A DNA stretch of 64,000 nucleotides. Source: a virus. Each line of letters begins with the position of its first letter. The stretch's first letter is position 1. This document shows, piece after piece, positions 18,435-28,213 of the stretch. The stretch lies in the UHGV virus genome UHGV-0179803, one strand, 5' to 3'. The notes beneath the pieces are model-generated. The model did not search any database and was not told the DNA's origin. It saw only the letters and a list, made by a program, of their open reading frames with translations. Both the position numbers and the translations under genes were made by a program.

Positions 18435-18982
18435 TGGAAGAGTTTGAAAAAGTTTTTAGCGATCTGGAGGAAATTGTTGCTAAGATGGCAAGAGTTGCCA
18501 CAGGCAGACGTGTCATCATGGGTGATCAGGAGATCATTCCGAAACCAGATGGTGAGTTTATCCTTCTTGAAACGATGGGTATTCAGCCACACATCTGGGA
18601 AGACAATGAATTCCAGACCGAAGAGGGTGTTGCTTACGTTACCCACAACTACACAGTTACCTATATGTTAACTGCCTATCGTGGTAAAGCGTATGCAGCA
18701 TTGTCCAGATTATTGCAAGCAATAAACCTTCCGATGTTTTACGATAAATTCTTTCCTGATGGTTCTATGTACGCCTATTCTTCGGCCTCTACAATCTCAC
18801 CTCTGCGAGTACCGATGAATAAGCAAGCATATGAGGTAAGAGCCACGGTAATGATGACGTTTAACGTCAGGTTTATTGAGACTGACATGGCAGCGTTCGA
18901 AGATCTTCAGGGCATCGAAGCTGAGCTTCATGTTCTCCACCCTGCTGATGACAGTCAAGCGGTTATCGACCCTGGTCAGTAA
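18434..18982 (+). CDS. head-tail joining/tail completion protein (hypothetical)
   Basis: ORF track; position-based. Confidence 0.35.
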   Translation: MEEFEKVFSDLEEIVAKMARVATGRRVIMGDQEIIPKPDGEFILLETMGIQPHIWEDNEFQTEEGVAYVTHNYTVTYMLTAYRGKAYAALSRLLQAINLPMFYDKFFPDGSMYAYSSASTISPLRVPMNKQAYEVRATVMMTFNVRFIETDMAAFEDLQGIEAELHVLHPADDSQAVIDPGQ

Positions 18983-19054
18983 TCGTTCTCCATGTAGCGT
19001 AATGATTATGCTACTTGTTAATATCCTGTGCACAAGATATTGAAGAGGAAACAA

Positions 19055-20443
19055 ATGCCTTACAATGATAAAGTTGTCGATGTGCAAGTAAACCTGGGTA
19101 CACAGCCGATTGACACAGTAGGCTTCGAAACTCCCCTGTTTATTGCCATCCACAATAATTTTACTGAACGCGCTCGCGTTTACGCTGAACTCGATCAGTT
19201 AGTTGACGATGGTTTTGCACCAGGTAGTGCTGCTCACACCTTCGCTTCTAACGCTTTCGGTGGTGAGTTTCCGCCACAATACATTGTCATTGGTCGTCAG
19301 GCTGCAACAGAAACTGTTGTTGACTTTGTTGGTGGTGTATTCCCAGCTGAATCTGAAGTTATCGTAAACGTAGCAATCCCTAATTATGATCGTGCCGTAG
19401 TCATCCAAGTTGGTGGTGGTACTGCTGCTACAGCAATTGCTGAGGCTCTGGCTACAGCGATCACTGAAGATGAAACCTTGTCAGGTGCTGGCGTAACTGC
19501 TACCGCTGGGGAAGGTAAAGTTACCGTTACAGGGGCTACCGTAGGCTACAGTGCTGGCGATTTCAAAATCGAAAATAAATCTGATGAAACTCCGCAGACG
19601 ATTATCGATGAAATCAATGACGCGAACAACAACTGGTATTTCCTGTGTGCCGAAGATCACAGCACTACTGCTATCACAGCTCTTGCAAAATGGGCACAAG
19701 CTAACTACAAACTCCATGTTTACTCCACTGCTGATGAAGATGCAATGGGCGTAGAAGGGGGTATCGGTTACGCTCTCAAACTGCTCCAGATTGATAATAC
19801 CATAGGTATGTGGGATCCGCGTGCTAACATGGACTTCCCAGAAGGTGGTATCATCGGTGCAATGGCATCCAATGACCCGTCATATGGTGATAGCTTACAC
19901 CTGAAAAAAATGCCAGGCATTACTCCTCCGAACATGAGTATCGGACAGAGAATGGCATTGTGGGATAATAACCTGAACTTCTACAGAATGATCAATGGTG
20001 TTGGTTGCTTCTGGGAAGGTAAATGCGCTTCAGGCCAATATGCTGACGTAATCAGATTCTCCCACTGGATCAAATTCCGTTCCGAAGAATCTATGTTTGG
20101 CTACATGCATCGCAGATCCAATATAGGCATGAGCATGAAAATGTCTGATGATGACCTGCCTGTTATTAAATCTGTTCTGATGAACGACCCGATCAACGTT
20201 GGTATCACCAACGGTGCTATCCTGACCGGATATGACGAAGAAAATAGTGTGTTCTATGATCCGATTATCACTGTTCCGAAACGTGCTAACATCCCTACCA
20301 ATCAGCTGGCTGCTCGCACTTTGGAAGGTGTTAAAGTAGAACTGGTCTATAACAACGCTCTGCACTTTGTTAAAATCCGTATCAATGTCCTGCTGGACAA
20401 AACGGGTACTACCGGCACAAGTGCTCAGGCAATGACTGCATAA
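19055..20443 (+). CDS. tail sheath protein (putative)
   Basis: 463 aa from ATG after GAAGAGGAAACAA; directly followed by a ~157-aa gene, the usual sheath-tube pair; biased codon usage. Confidence 0.5.
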   Translation: MPYNDKVVDVQVNLGTQPIDTVGFETPLFIAIHNNFTERARVYAELDQLVDDGFAPGSAAHTFASNAFGGEFPPQYIVIGRQAATETVVDFVGGVFPAESEVIVNVAIPNYDRAVVIQVGGGTAATAIAEALATAITEDETLSGAGVTATAGEGKVTVTGATVGYSAGDFKIENKSDETPQTIIDEINDANNNWYFLCAEDHSTTAITALAKWAQANYKLHVYSTADEDAMGVEGGIGYALKLLQIDNTIGMWDPRANMDFPEGGIIGAMASNDPSYGDSLHLKKMPGITPPNMSIGQRMALWDNNLNFYRMINGVGCFWEGKCASGQYADVIRFSHWIKFRSEESMFGYMHRRSNIGMSMKMSDDDLPVIKSVLMNDPINVGITNGAILTGYDEENSVFYDPIITVPKRANIPTNQLAARTLEGVKVELVYNNALHFVKIRINVLLDKTGTTGTSAQAMTA

Positions 20444-20454
20444 CAGGAGGGTAA

Positions 20455-20928
20455 ATGGTCACAGATATTTTAACACCTTATGCATATGACCCGAAAAAGG
20501 TTCGTCTCTACTTGATGACTCAGAGAGTATTCGGTTTTGCAGCGGATACAAAAATTGTTGTTTCTCGTAACGAGGACAATATTTACCCGCATATGGGCGT
20601 GGATGGTGAACTAAGTGCAGCTTTATCCCGTAACCAATCTGGTGTAATGACTGTATCTTTACAGAACACCTCCGCATGGAACGCCTACCTGTCAGACTGG
20701 CAGAAACAAGCATCTATCACAGGTCTTGTATTCTTCCCAGTGCTGCTGGAAGGTAGCCAGGGGCCAGGCATCAGCACTATTGGCTGGATTCAGAAACAAC
20801 CTGATCTGACTTATGGTACTGAAGTTGCCCAACTTGACTGGGAAATCGGCGTACTGGATTGCTGGTTAAACAAAGACAACATCGAATCTGCAATGATGGG
20901 ACTTGCAGGTTTAACTGGTATCATTTAA
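20455..20928 (+). CDS. tail tube protein (putative)
   Basis: 157 aa after RBS AGGAGGG; followed by strong terminator. Confidence 0.45.
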   Translation: MVTDILTPYAYDPKKVRLYLMTQRVFGFAADTKIVVSRNEDNIYPHMGVDGELSAALSRNQSGVMTVSLQNTSAWNAYLSDWQKQASITGLVFFPVLLEGSQGPGISTIGWIQKQPDLTYGTEVAQLDWEIGVLDCWLNKDNIESAMMGLAGLTGII

Positions 20929-20934
20929 TGCTAC

Positions 20935-20963
20935 AGGCCACCTTCGGGTGGCCTTTCTTGTTT
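20935..20963 (+). terminator. rho-independent terminator (UUCG tetraloop)
   Basis: AGGCCACCTTCGGGTGGCCT hairpin then TTTCTTGTTT. Confidence 0.6.
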
Positions 20964-20970
20964 ATAAGGT

Positions 20971-21000
20971 TTGACAAAAGTTGGTGTTTTGTGGTATAGT
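20971..21000 (+). promoter_or_regulatory. sigma70-like promoter with extended -10
   Basis: TTGACA-18 nt-TATAGT preceded by TGTGG. Confidence 0.5.
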
Positions 21001-21033
21001 TCCTTTGTGTTTAAAATTACTAGGAGTTTACAG

Positions 21034-22560
21034 ATGGCTGGAAAATGTTACACTAAAAAAGAATGGCTAACAGCTGTCTTCAAAGAAAACCCTGAGTTTG
21101 AAGAAATGTACGATTACAGTCAAACTGAGTACAAAGGCAGTAGAGAAAAAGTGAGCATTATTTGCAAAAAACATGGTGCGTTTTCTGTAGAAGCAAATGC
21201 TCATAGAAAAGGAGAGGGATGCAAAGAATGCTACCTTGAGCGTAAACGTGGAAACAAGGAAGAATTCGTTGAAAAAGCTAAAGAAGTGCATGGGGTGCGT
21301 TACAACTACTCTAAGGTTGTGTATAAAGACAGAGTGACAAAAGTAGATATCATCTGCCCTGATCACGGAGTGTTCTCACAAAAACCTAGCAAACATTTGA
21401 GAGGACAGGGCTGCCCCCATTGTGCTAACATGGCTCGTGGTAGAAAAAGAAGAAACTCTTTTGAGGAAGTAGTGGAACAGGCCAAAGAGGTCCACAAAGA
21501 TAAATACGTTTACAAAGGTATGTTTTACGATGAAAGGAAGAAAGGTATTCTTAATATTAAATGTTCAAGGTGTGGATCAGAGTTCCAACAACCTGTGAAA
21601 GACCATGTACACCAAAATCATGGGTGTAGACATTGTGCAAAACTAACCTCAAGAGTGGAAGAATCTGTCTTTGACTTCATAAAAACTATCTGCCCAGACG
21701 CGGAGCAGTCTGATCGCACTATCCTGGATGATGGCAAAGAGTTAGATATCTATGTCCCATCAAAGCGTGTGGCGATTGAAGTCAATGGTATCTTCTGGCA
21801 TGGAGACAATCATAAGCCTAGGGATTATCATTACAAAAAATGGTTAGCCTGTAAAGAGAAAGGTATTCGTCTGATCCAGATCACAGATTATGATTGGAAT
21901 AACAACCAAAAAGTGTTTAGCCAGTTGCTGGCTCATGCCTTGGGGTGCAATAGTGAGCGTAAAGTGAATGCTAGGGAATGCGAAGTGGTGCATCTCAAAT
22001 CAACAGAGTGCAAAGAGTTTTACAACGCTTACCACCCACAAGGCCATTCTCCTAACCCAATTAATCTGGCCTTGAAAACGAAAGAAGGGGAAATTGTAGC
22101 GATCATGAGCTTTGGTTATGGTAAAACTACAAGGGGTCAGGCCAGAGCTAACGGTACGACTAAAGCAACATGGGAGTTATCAAGATTTGCATCAAGCTGC
22201 TCTGTTCGTGGTGGGGCATCTCGACTGTTTAAAACGTTCATCAGAGAGAACAATCCAGAAGAGGTTAGCTCATTCAGCATGAATGACTACTTCGCTGGTG
22301 GGGTTTACGAAGTGTTAGGATTTGTTGCGGAGACGTATGGCAAACCAGACTACAGAGTGTTCCATCCGTTCAGCGGGTTACGCCACAAATCATACTGGCA
22401 ACGCCGTAATATCCCGAAACGTTTGAAAGAACTGGGTAAAGAAGAATTAAACTTTGACCCAGAAATTGATCAGCGTACAGAGCGGGAGATAGAGGATTTG
22501 GTTGGTGCTATCCGGTTGTGGGACAGCGGCAAGATCAAATGGGTATGGAAAGCTGAGTAA
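21034..22560 (+). CDS. free-standing putative endonuclease: triple zinc-ribbon N-terminus plus Vsr/DUF559-like nuclease domain
   Basis: three repeats of C-x2-HG-x-F...G-x-GC-x2-C; C-terminal DIYVPSKRVAIEVNGIFWHGDNH resembles the Vsr-type D..P...AI.V.G.FWHG motif; own promoter and RBS AGGAG. Confidence 0.5.
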   Translation: MAGKCYTKKEWLTAVFKENPEFEEMYDYSQTEYKGSREKVSIICKKHGAFSVEANAHRKGEGCKECYLERKRGNKEEFVEKAKEVHGVRYNYSKVVYKDRVTKVDIICPDHGVFSQKPSKHLRGQGCPHCANMARGRKRRNSFEEVVEQAKEVHKDKYVYKGMFYDERKKGILNIKCSRCGSEFQQPVKDHVHQNHGCRHCAKLTSRVEESVFDFIKTICPDAEQSDRTILDDGKELDIYVPSKRVAIEVNGIFWHGDNHKPRDYHYKKWLACKEKGIRLIQITDYDWNNNQKVFSQLLAHALGCNSERKVNARECEVVHLKSTECKEFYNAYHPQGHSPNPINLALKTKEGEIVAIMSFGYGKTTRGQARANGTTKATWELSRFASSCSVRGGASRLFKTFIRENNPEEVSSFSMNDYFAGGVYEVLGFVAETYGKPDYRVFHPFSGLRHKSYWQRRNIPKRLKELGKEELNFDPEIDQRTEREIEDLVGAIRLWDSGKIKWVWKAE

Positions 22561-22564
22561 TCAT

Positions 22565-22588
22565 AAGCCTCTTCGGAGGCTTTTCTGT
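22565..22588 (+). terminator. rho-independent terminator (UUCG tetraloop)
   Basis: AGCCTCTTCGGAGGCT hairpin then TTTCTG. Confidence 0.5.
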
Positions 22589-22593
22589 CTACA

Positions 22594-22622
22594 TTGACAA
22601 AAAGTGAGTACAATGTTATAAT
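22594..22622 (+). promoter_or_regulatory. consensus sigma70 promoter
   Basis: TTGACA-17 nt-TATAAT, spacer ends in TGT. Confidence 0.6.
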
Positions 22623-22701
22623 AAATCTATATAATAACGTGGTGGTGACAGTTGTCTAAAATCGCATATCTGAATGCTTTTCATAAGAGGATAATAAAGA
22701 A

Positions 22702-23844
22702 ATGACAGATATCTACAACGATAAAGTTGTACACGCCGAGGTGGCTCTTGGTAAAGACGCTGCATCGGGTGGCAACAGGACTTCTCTGGATAAAGAGGCT
22801 TTACGAAGTTATGTTCTTGCTGCTAGAGAGGCGGCTAACAAAGCTAAAGTGGCTTCAGAAGAGGCAGCTTTATCACGAGACGCTTCCCAAGCAAACGCTA
22901 ACAATGCATCGATTTCCGCAACCAATGCACAAGATAGTGCAGATCGTGCAGAATCAGCAGCTAACGCAGCCGAATTATCTTCCTCTTCTGCTGAGGGCAG
23001 TGCAACTGCCGCTGCCTTATCTGCAACGCAAGCATCCGCTGATGCATCTACAGCAACACAAGCAAAAGATGACGCTGTTGCAGCCTCTGGTGTGGCAACC
23101 CAACAAGCAGCAAATGCTGAATCATCTGCCGATACATCCGCTGAAAGTGCAGATGCAGCAGCAGCAAGTGCCGCTTCTGCTCAAGGATCTGCAACTTCTG
23201 CTTCCGGTTCTGCCACGACTGCAACAGAGAAAGCAACAGCAGCGAACAAATCTGCCACCGCAGCAAAAACGTCAGAGACTAATGCCAAAACCTCTGAAAC
23301 CAACGCCGCAAGCTCAGCTAGTGCAGCATCCGTTTCAGAAAGCAATGCTTCTGATTCTGCAACAGCAGCAGAGTCTTCAGCGACTTCTGCAAGATCGAGT
23401 GCTTCAAGTGCATCGACAAGCGCCAGCACAGCCACTACTAAAGCGAACGAAGCTGCAACCAGCGCCACTGATGCTGCTAACAGTGCCAAATCCGCTTCTA
23501 ATAGTGCATCAACTGCGACAACAAAAGCAGGTGAAGCAAGTAAGTCAGCAACAGATGCTGCAAATTCAGCAAGCTCTGCTTCAGCAAGCAAAGATGCTGC
23601 TGCTGCCTCAGCCAGCGCCGCAGCTACCAGCGAAACCAAAGCAAAAGCCAGTGAAACTGCTGCTGCAAGCTCTGCTTCTTCGGCAGCCACCAAAGCATCC
23701 GAGGCTGCAACATCTGCCACTAACGCAGCAAAAAGTGCATCAGACGCTGCAAATAGTGTGGAGGAGGTAAAAGCACAGTTCGAACAGCGCCTTACTGAAC
23801 TTGAGGCAAGAATTGCTGCTCTTGAGGGTGCTAAAAATAATTGA
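22702..23844 (+). CDS. Ala/Ser/Thr-rich repeat protein resembling the stalk region of side-tail-fiber (Stf-like) proteins, ending in a coiled coil
   Basis: repeats such as TAAKTSETNAKTSETNAASSASAAS and ATTKANEAATSATDAANSAKSAS resemble the repeat region of lambda-type side tail fibers; C-terminal QFEQRLTELEARIAALEG heptad segment; no receptor-binding C-terminal domain. Confidence 0.55.
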   Translation: MTDIYNDKVVHAEVALGKDAASGGNRTSLDKEALRSYVLAAREAANKAKVASEEAALSRDASQANANNASISATNAQDSADRAESAANAAELSSSSAEGSATAAALSATQASADASTATQAKDDAVAASGVATQQAANAESSADTSAESADAAAASAASAQGSATSASGSATTATEKATAANKSATAAKTSETNAKTSETNAASSASAASVSESNASDSATAAESSATSARSSASSASTSASTATTKANEAATSATDAANSAKSASNSASTATTKAGEASKSATDAANSASSASASKDAAAASASAAATSETKAKASETAAASSASSAATKASEAATSATNAAKSASDAANSVEEVKAQFEQRLTELEARIAALEGAKNN

Positions 23845-24011
23845 CACAAAAACCGCTTGATGTATTATGCCTCCAACAAACAAGTTGGGGGCTTTTGCTA
23901 TGAAACACTTTGAAGAGACTTAGGGTTGCATCTTTTGGATTATTGCAACACTGATGATCGGTCTGTTCTTTGTTGTACCTGGTGTGGAGGCTGCACGGAC
24001 TATGCACCTTG

Positions 24012-24040
24012 TTGACAAAAAGAAAGTACAATGCTATAAT
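24012..24040 (+). promoter_or_regulatory. consensus sigma70 promoter
   Basis: TTGACAAAAAGAAAGTACAATGCTATAAT, near-identical to the element at 22594. Confidence 0.55.
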
Positions 24041-24086
24041 AAACCTATGCGATAACGCATAACAACTAACTTAAGGGTAACGAGAA

Positions 24087-24551
24087 ATGCCAAACTTTAG
24101 ACCTACTACAGAAATAGATTTAGTCGGACATAACTTCATCATAACCCATTGGTCCCCGATGGTGTGTATGCATAACCTGCCAAAGATTGGTAGGATTATC
24201 GCTGTGCCGATGGGAGCTATTGGTGGTGAATTACTTAATGGTGGGAGAAATTTAGCAGAAGTGCTCCCAACAGCCTTAGTCTATCTGTTCGAACAACTTG
24301 ATGACCAATCTATTGACGAACTGTTTAAAATCCTCTTCAGCGATGTTACAGTAGACGGTGTGGACAAGGTGGATCCTGATAAACTCTTTACTGGCAATCT
24401 GTTTGCAATGCTTAAACTGGCTGGTAAGGTGCTGGAGGTAAATTACGGATCTTTTTTCACGCAAGAAGGTTTAGACGGCCTGATGTCGATGTTGCAGGGA
24501 CTGCAAATGGCGAATCAGATCAACAGTCTGGACCAGGAAACTCAGGAATAA
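24087..24551 (+). CDS. tail assembly chaperone (putative)
   Basis: 154-aa acidic protein directly upstream of the tape measure gene; position-based. Confidence 0.4.
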   Translation: MPNFRPTTEIDLVGHNFIITHWSPMVCMHNLPKIGRIIAVPMGAIGGELLNGGRNLAEVLPTALVYLFEQLDDQSIDELFKILFSDVTVDGVDKVDPDKLFTGNLFAMLKLAGKVLEVNYGSFFTQEGLDGLMSMLQGLQMANQINSLDQETQE

Positions 24552-24562
24552 GCAAAGTCGTA

Positions 24563-24808
24563 TTGCAGGCCAGCGAGTGGGCAAGGAAACATAGCTCACT
24601 CAGCTGGTTCGATTTCCTGTGGTGTAAAGTGTTGAAAGGGTTTCGTGGTGAGAACTATGAATCTCTCAATAGCGCCGACATGGACTACTTCTTGATGTTG
24701 TGTGAGTATCTTGACATAGAAGAGTTCCTTGACGGTGTTCAGAACAAAGAGTTTGAGAGAGAGCAAGAAGCCAGGATAGCCCAGGCAAAAGCGAAACGTA
24801 GACGTTAA
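24563..24808 (+). CDS. small protein upstream of tape measure (possible second chaperone component)
   Basis: ORF track; followed by hairpin plus T-tract at about 24814-24850. Confidence 0.35.
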   Translation: MQASEWARKHSSLSWFDFLWCKVLKGFRGENYESLNSADMDYFLMLCEYLDIEEFLDGVQNKEFEREQEARIAQAKAKRRR

Positions 24809-24865
24809 AGCAGAGGGCTGGTTCCGAAAGGATCCGGCCCTTTTTATTACTAACCAGGAGAGAAT

Positions 24866-27220
24866 ATGGCTGGTAACAAAGTGGTTGCCACAACCACAAA
24901 CCGAATTACATTTGAGATTGACAACAATAGCTACAAAAAAGCTATTGAAAGAATTAAAGGATTAGGCAGAGAGTTTACAAAGCTGGGCGATTCTTTGGGA
25001 AAGGGGAATCCTCTGAAAGCCTGGCAAGCATCAATGGAGAAGACTGGTCAGATTGTTCAGAGGGTACAGAATAAACAGTTGCAACAGCAACGCCGTATGC
25101 ATCAGGAAGCTGTATCCCAGGCCAAACGTGAAGCTGCTGTACGATCTGCGATAGAAAAACGTGAGAATGCCAGAAGGAAACAGGTTGTCGGTCAGATGAC
25201 TGCCAAAGATCCTGAATTGGTGAGAATGCGTAAATTCTATCAGGAGCAATCTAAGTTGGCTAAGAAAAGTGGTGGCTTAGGTGGTTCCTACTTCTCCAAC
25301 AAACCAGTCTCACCTCGTGCTCTGTCCAGAGCAAATACCTTCAGATATATCCCAGGTAACCCCAACATGGGGGGTGTAGCTTCCAACCCTGCACTTGTTC
25401 GTGCCCAGACTGCCGCTATGAATAGATGGCATAAGCAGAATGGTGGTACAGGAGGCTCAGGAACGCCAAGGCGCAACAATGTAGGCATGGATAGGCTAAC
25501 ACACCTTACCAATATGTCAACGCGTCTGACAGCTCGTTATGGGGCTAATTTCAGGGATATGCTTGGCGGCTACCGTCAGGTTGAACAGCAATACGCAAAA
25601 GGGTTGATAGGTAAGTCAACTTTCAACGCCCAGATCGCTGCAATGCAGAAGGGGTTTGCTAATGCTGCTGCCGGAACCATGTCTTTGAGCACTGCCTTCA
25701 ATAAACTAAGAACAACAGTCATGGATCTGACCAAAGCATACACTGCATTCTCTGCAATTGTTAGTGTTAACAGGTCTGGTCACATGATGGAAGGTGCGAG
25801 TGCTGCTCTCACTAACGTTATGGGTGATCCTACGAAAGCTAACGCGGAAGTTGCATTCGTGCAAAGTGAGGCTATGAGATTAGGCTTCGACCTGAAATCA
25901 GGTCTGCAAGGTTACGCTCAAATGGCAGTAAACGCCAAAAACCAAATGACAGGGCAGGAAGTCCGTGATCTGTTCTCTGCTTATTCGCAATATGCTGCGT
26001 CTTATGGTGCTGATGAAGTGAAATACCAACGTGGTATTATGGCAATCCAGCAAATGCTCGGCAAAGGGCAGGTAATGTCGGAGGAACTAAAACAACAATT
26101 GGCAGAGGCAATGCCGGGTGCTTACGAGCCGTTCATTAAAGCAACAAAAGAGGCTTTCAACCTGTCCGAGCTGACTATGGAACAGTTCATGGACATGATG
26201 CAGAAAGGCCAGGTCAAAACAGCCAAAGTAATGAAATATGTTGCTAAGTACATGAACGAAGCATCTGCTGCTGGTTATGAACGTATGCAGAAATCTAACG
26301 TTCTGGCTGAAAACCGTTTGAAAACTTTCATCGAATTAACCAAACAGAAACTGTTCACTACATGGTCAGATGAACTTACCGAGTTCTATTACACCCTGAT
26401 CCGTACAGGTGAAACATTCACCCCTATGATTATGCAAGCTGGTGAGTTTGTATCTGGCTTTATCCAAGGTCTGAACGACATTGTTGGTGAATTGAATAAT
26501 ACAATTGTTAGTATTCGTATCTGGTGGTTGCAAGTCAGAGATCACTTTGGTCTGCTGAAAAAAGAAGTCAAAGATACAAGCAACACTGTTGATGAAACCT
26601 TCAGCAAAGCTAAGTGGGTGGGCTATGCATTCTCCATCTTAGTTGTTGTTAGCGCTGTTGGTAGATTGTTAAAAATCATCAAAGCTGTTGCCGCAACCTT
26701 AGGTATGATTAAAGCTGCGGGTGGTATAGCAGGTGCTATAGGTGGTGCCGCAGGTGGCGCAGCTGCCGGAGGAGCAGCGGCAGGAGGTGCAGCAGCCATG
26801 GCTAAGAAAGGATTGTTTGCAAGGATACTTGGTGGCCTGTGGAAATACAAAGGACCATTAGCTATTGGCTACATGGGGTATGAAGGTGCCAACCTGATTG
26901 ACGAATGGATGCAAAACTACCATCAGGAAACTGACGTGACTAAGCATCCGCAGTGGCTTGTTGATGGTGTTAATGGTATTTCATCTTTCTTTGGCTTGGA
27001 CTACCGCATGGATAATCCAATTACCTACAGAGCTAATCCAACCCCAAGTACACCTTTGGATCCGTTCCAATCTTTCAACGTTCCTCCGATTCCTCTGGAA
27101 ATTGGTGAGGGTAAAATTACAATTGAGTTTGACGCTGCTCAGTTCGAAGAAATGCTGGATGCAAGGTTTGAATGGGAAAACTGGAAAGATATTAACTTGT
27201 TTGCAAGTCCTAATAACTAA
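24866..27220 (+). CDS. tail tape measure protein
   Basis: 784 aa; helical N-terminal region, hydrophobic segments and Gly/Ala-rich stretch GGAAGGAAAGGAAAGGAAA; follows the chaperone genes. Confidence 0.7.
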   Translation: MAGNKVVATTTNRITFEIDNNSYKKAIERIKGLGREFTKLGDSLGKGNPLKAWQASMEKTGQIVQRVQNKQLQQQRRMHQEAVSQAKREAAVRSAIEKRENARRKQVVGQMTAKDPELVRMRKFYQEQSKLAKKSGGLGGSYFSNKPVSPRALSRANTFRYIPGNPNMGGVASNPALVRAQTAAMNRWHKQNGGTGGSGTPRRNNVGMDRLTHLTNMSTRLTARYGANFRDMLGGYRQVEQQYAKGLIGKSTFNAQIAAMQKGFANAAAGTMSLSTAFNKLRTTVMDLTKAYTAFSAIVSVNRSGHMMEGASAALTNVMGDPTKANAEVAFVQSEAMRLGFDLKSGLQGYAQMAVNAKNQMTGQEVRDLFSAYSQYAASYGADEVKYQRGIMAIQQMLGKGQVMSEELKQQLAEAMPGAYEPFIKATKEAFNLSELTMEQFMDMMQKGQVKTAKVMKYVAKYMNEASAAGYERMQKSNVLAENRLKTFIELTKQKLFTTWSDELTEFYYTLIRTGETFTPMIMQAGEFVSGFIQGLNDIVGELNNTIVSIRIWWLQVRDHFGLLKKEVKDTSNTVDETFSKAKWVGYAFSILVVVSAVGRLLKIIKAVAATLGMIKAAGGIAGAIGGAAGGAAAGGAAAGGAAAMAKKGLFARILGGLWKYKGPLAIGYMGYEGANLIDEWMQNYHQETDVTKHPQWLVDGVNGISSFFGLDYRMDNPITYRANPTPSTPLDPFQSFNVPPIPLEIGEGKITIEFDAAQFEEMLDARFEWENWKDINLFASPNN

Positions 27221-27226
27221 CTTTTC

Positions 27227-27255
27227 AGGGGCCTTTATGGCCCCTTTTCTTTTAT
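27227..27255 (+). terminator. rho-independent terminator
   Basis: AGGGGCCTTTATGGCCCCT hairpin then TTTCTTTTAT. Confidence 0.5.
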
Positions 27256-27260
27256 GTAAC

Positions 27261-27289
27261 TTGTAAAAACCACATTTCTATGGTATAAT
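27261..27289 (+). promoter_or_regulatory. sigma70-like promoter with extended -10
   Basis: TTGTAA-17 nt-TATAAT preceded by TGG. Confidence 0.5.
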
Positions 27290-27323
27290 TATGAAATGGT
27301 GACTACTAGCAACTGGAGAGGTT

Positions 27324-28205
27324 ATGCCCTATACACCTGGTGTATCAACAGTGGTTGATGAGAAAGACCTGAATAAACCTCATCTGGTCAGGTCAGAAAA
27401 GGCAAAAGAAGCTGAGAAACAAACAGAGGACGTGCAGTTCACACTGTTTATCAGTGGGCTTAATTATGGTGGTCGTAACATTGAGCTGAAAGGTAAAAAC
27501 TTCACCAACGATATCGCTATCATATTTGACCAGATTGAGAATTACACTTTTGACAGAAGTATTGATAAATCCCAATTTGCAGTAGAAGATCGTGTTACAA
27601 TTTCGGATCACGCAGTGATCAAAGATGCAGTGTTCTCCTTCACAGGTAGGGTGAATACTTCCCCACACATCATCTACGAACAAAACTATATTGACAGAAA
27701 CACTGACCCAGAAAGACCAGCAGACTCTGCAAGACCTGAGGCTGCATTGCAGGCAATGGGTGAAGTCATCAAGAGAAGACAACTGGTTACATTGGTAACT
27801 GAGGAAGCTGTCCTTGAAAACTACATCGTTACCAAGTGCAGTGCGAAGAAAAGCACAGGTGAGGGAGCTGCTCTGGTGTTTGATGTTGAGCTGACAGAGT
27901 TCAGAACTTTTGTCCTCAACAAAATGGTTAATGCGACTGTCTACACCAATCCTAAAAAAATTGATAAATCAAAACAGAAAGGTGCGGTTAACGATTGCAC
28001 GAAGGATAGTAATGTTGGTAACTCAAATAATGGTCCGTATGCAGATACGACCTATACCAATGCTGCTGAGAAGTGGAACAGCCAGAAAAATATCCAGCTC
28101 AAAAATTCCGGTATGACTGTTCAGGAAGCCTATCGTCAAGAGTACGGTGGTAACTCTACAATAGTCCCCTCTGAGCAAGGTAACTACATGCATGACAACA
28201 AATAA
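27324..28205 (+). CDS. tail/baseplate protein (hypothetical)
   Basis: first gene after tape measure; RBS GGAGAGG; position-based. Confidence 0.35.
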   Translation: MPYTPGVSTVVDEKDLNKPHLVRSEKAKEAEKQTEDVQFTLFISGLNYGGRNIELKGKNFTNDIAIIFDQIENYTFDRSIDKSQFAVEDRVTISDHAVIKDAVFSFTGRVNTSPHIIYEQNYIDRNTDPERPADSARPEAALQAMGEVIKRRQLVTLVTEEAVLENYIVTKCSAKKSTGEGAALVFDVELTEFRTFVLNKMVNATVYTNPKKIDKSKQKGAVNDCTKDSNVGNSNNGPYADTTYTNAAEKWNSQKNIQLKNSGMTVQEAYRQEYGGNSTIVPSEQGNYMHDNK

Positions 28206-28213
28206 GGTGGCGT

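Noticed and set aside
22727-23849. Long alternative-frame ORFs on both strands (22727..23770 +, 23181..23849 -, 23048..23266 -) overlapping the Ala/Ser-rich gene
   Set aside because: They are products of the GCN-rich low-complexity repeat being open in several frames; their translations are poly-Q/L or poly-A strings without start context, and the 22702 frame has the promoter and RBS.
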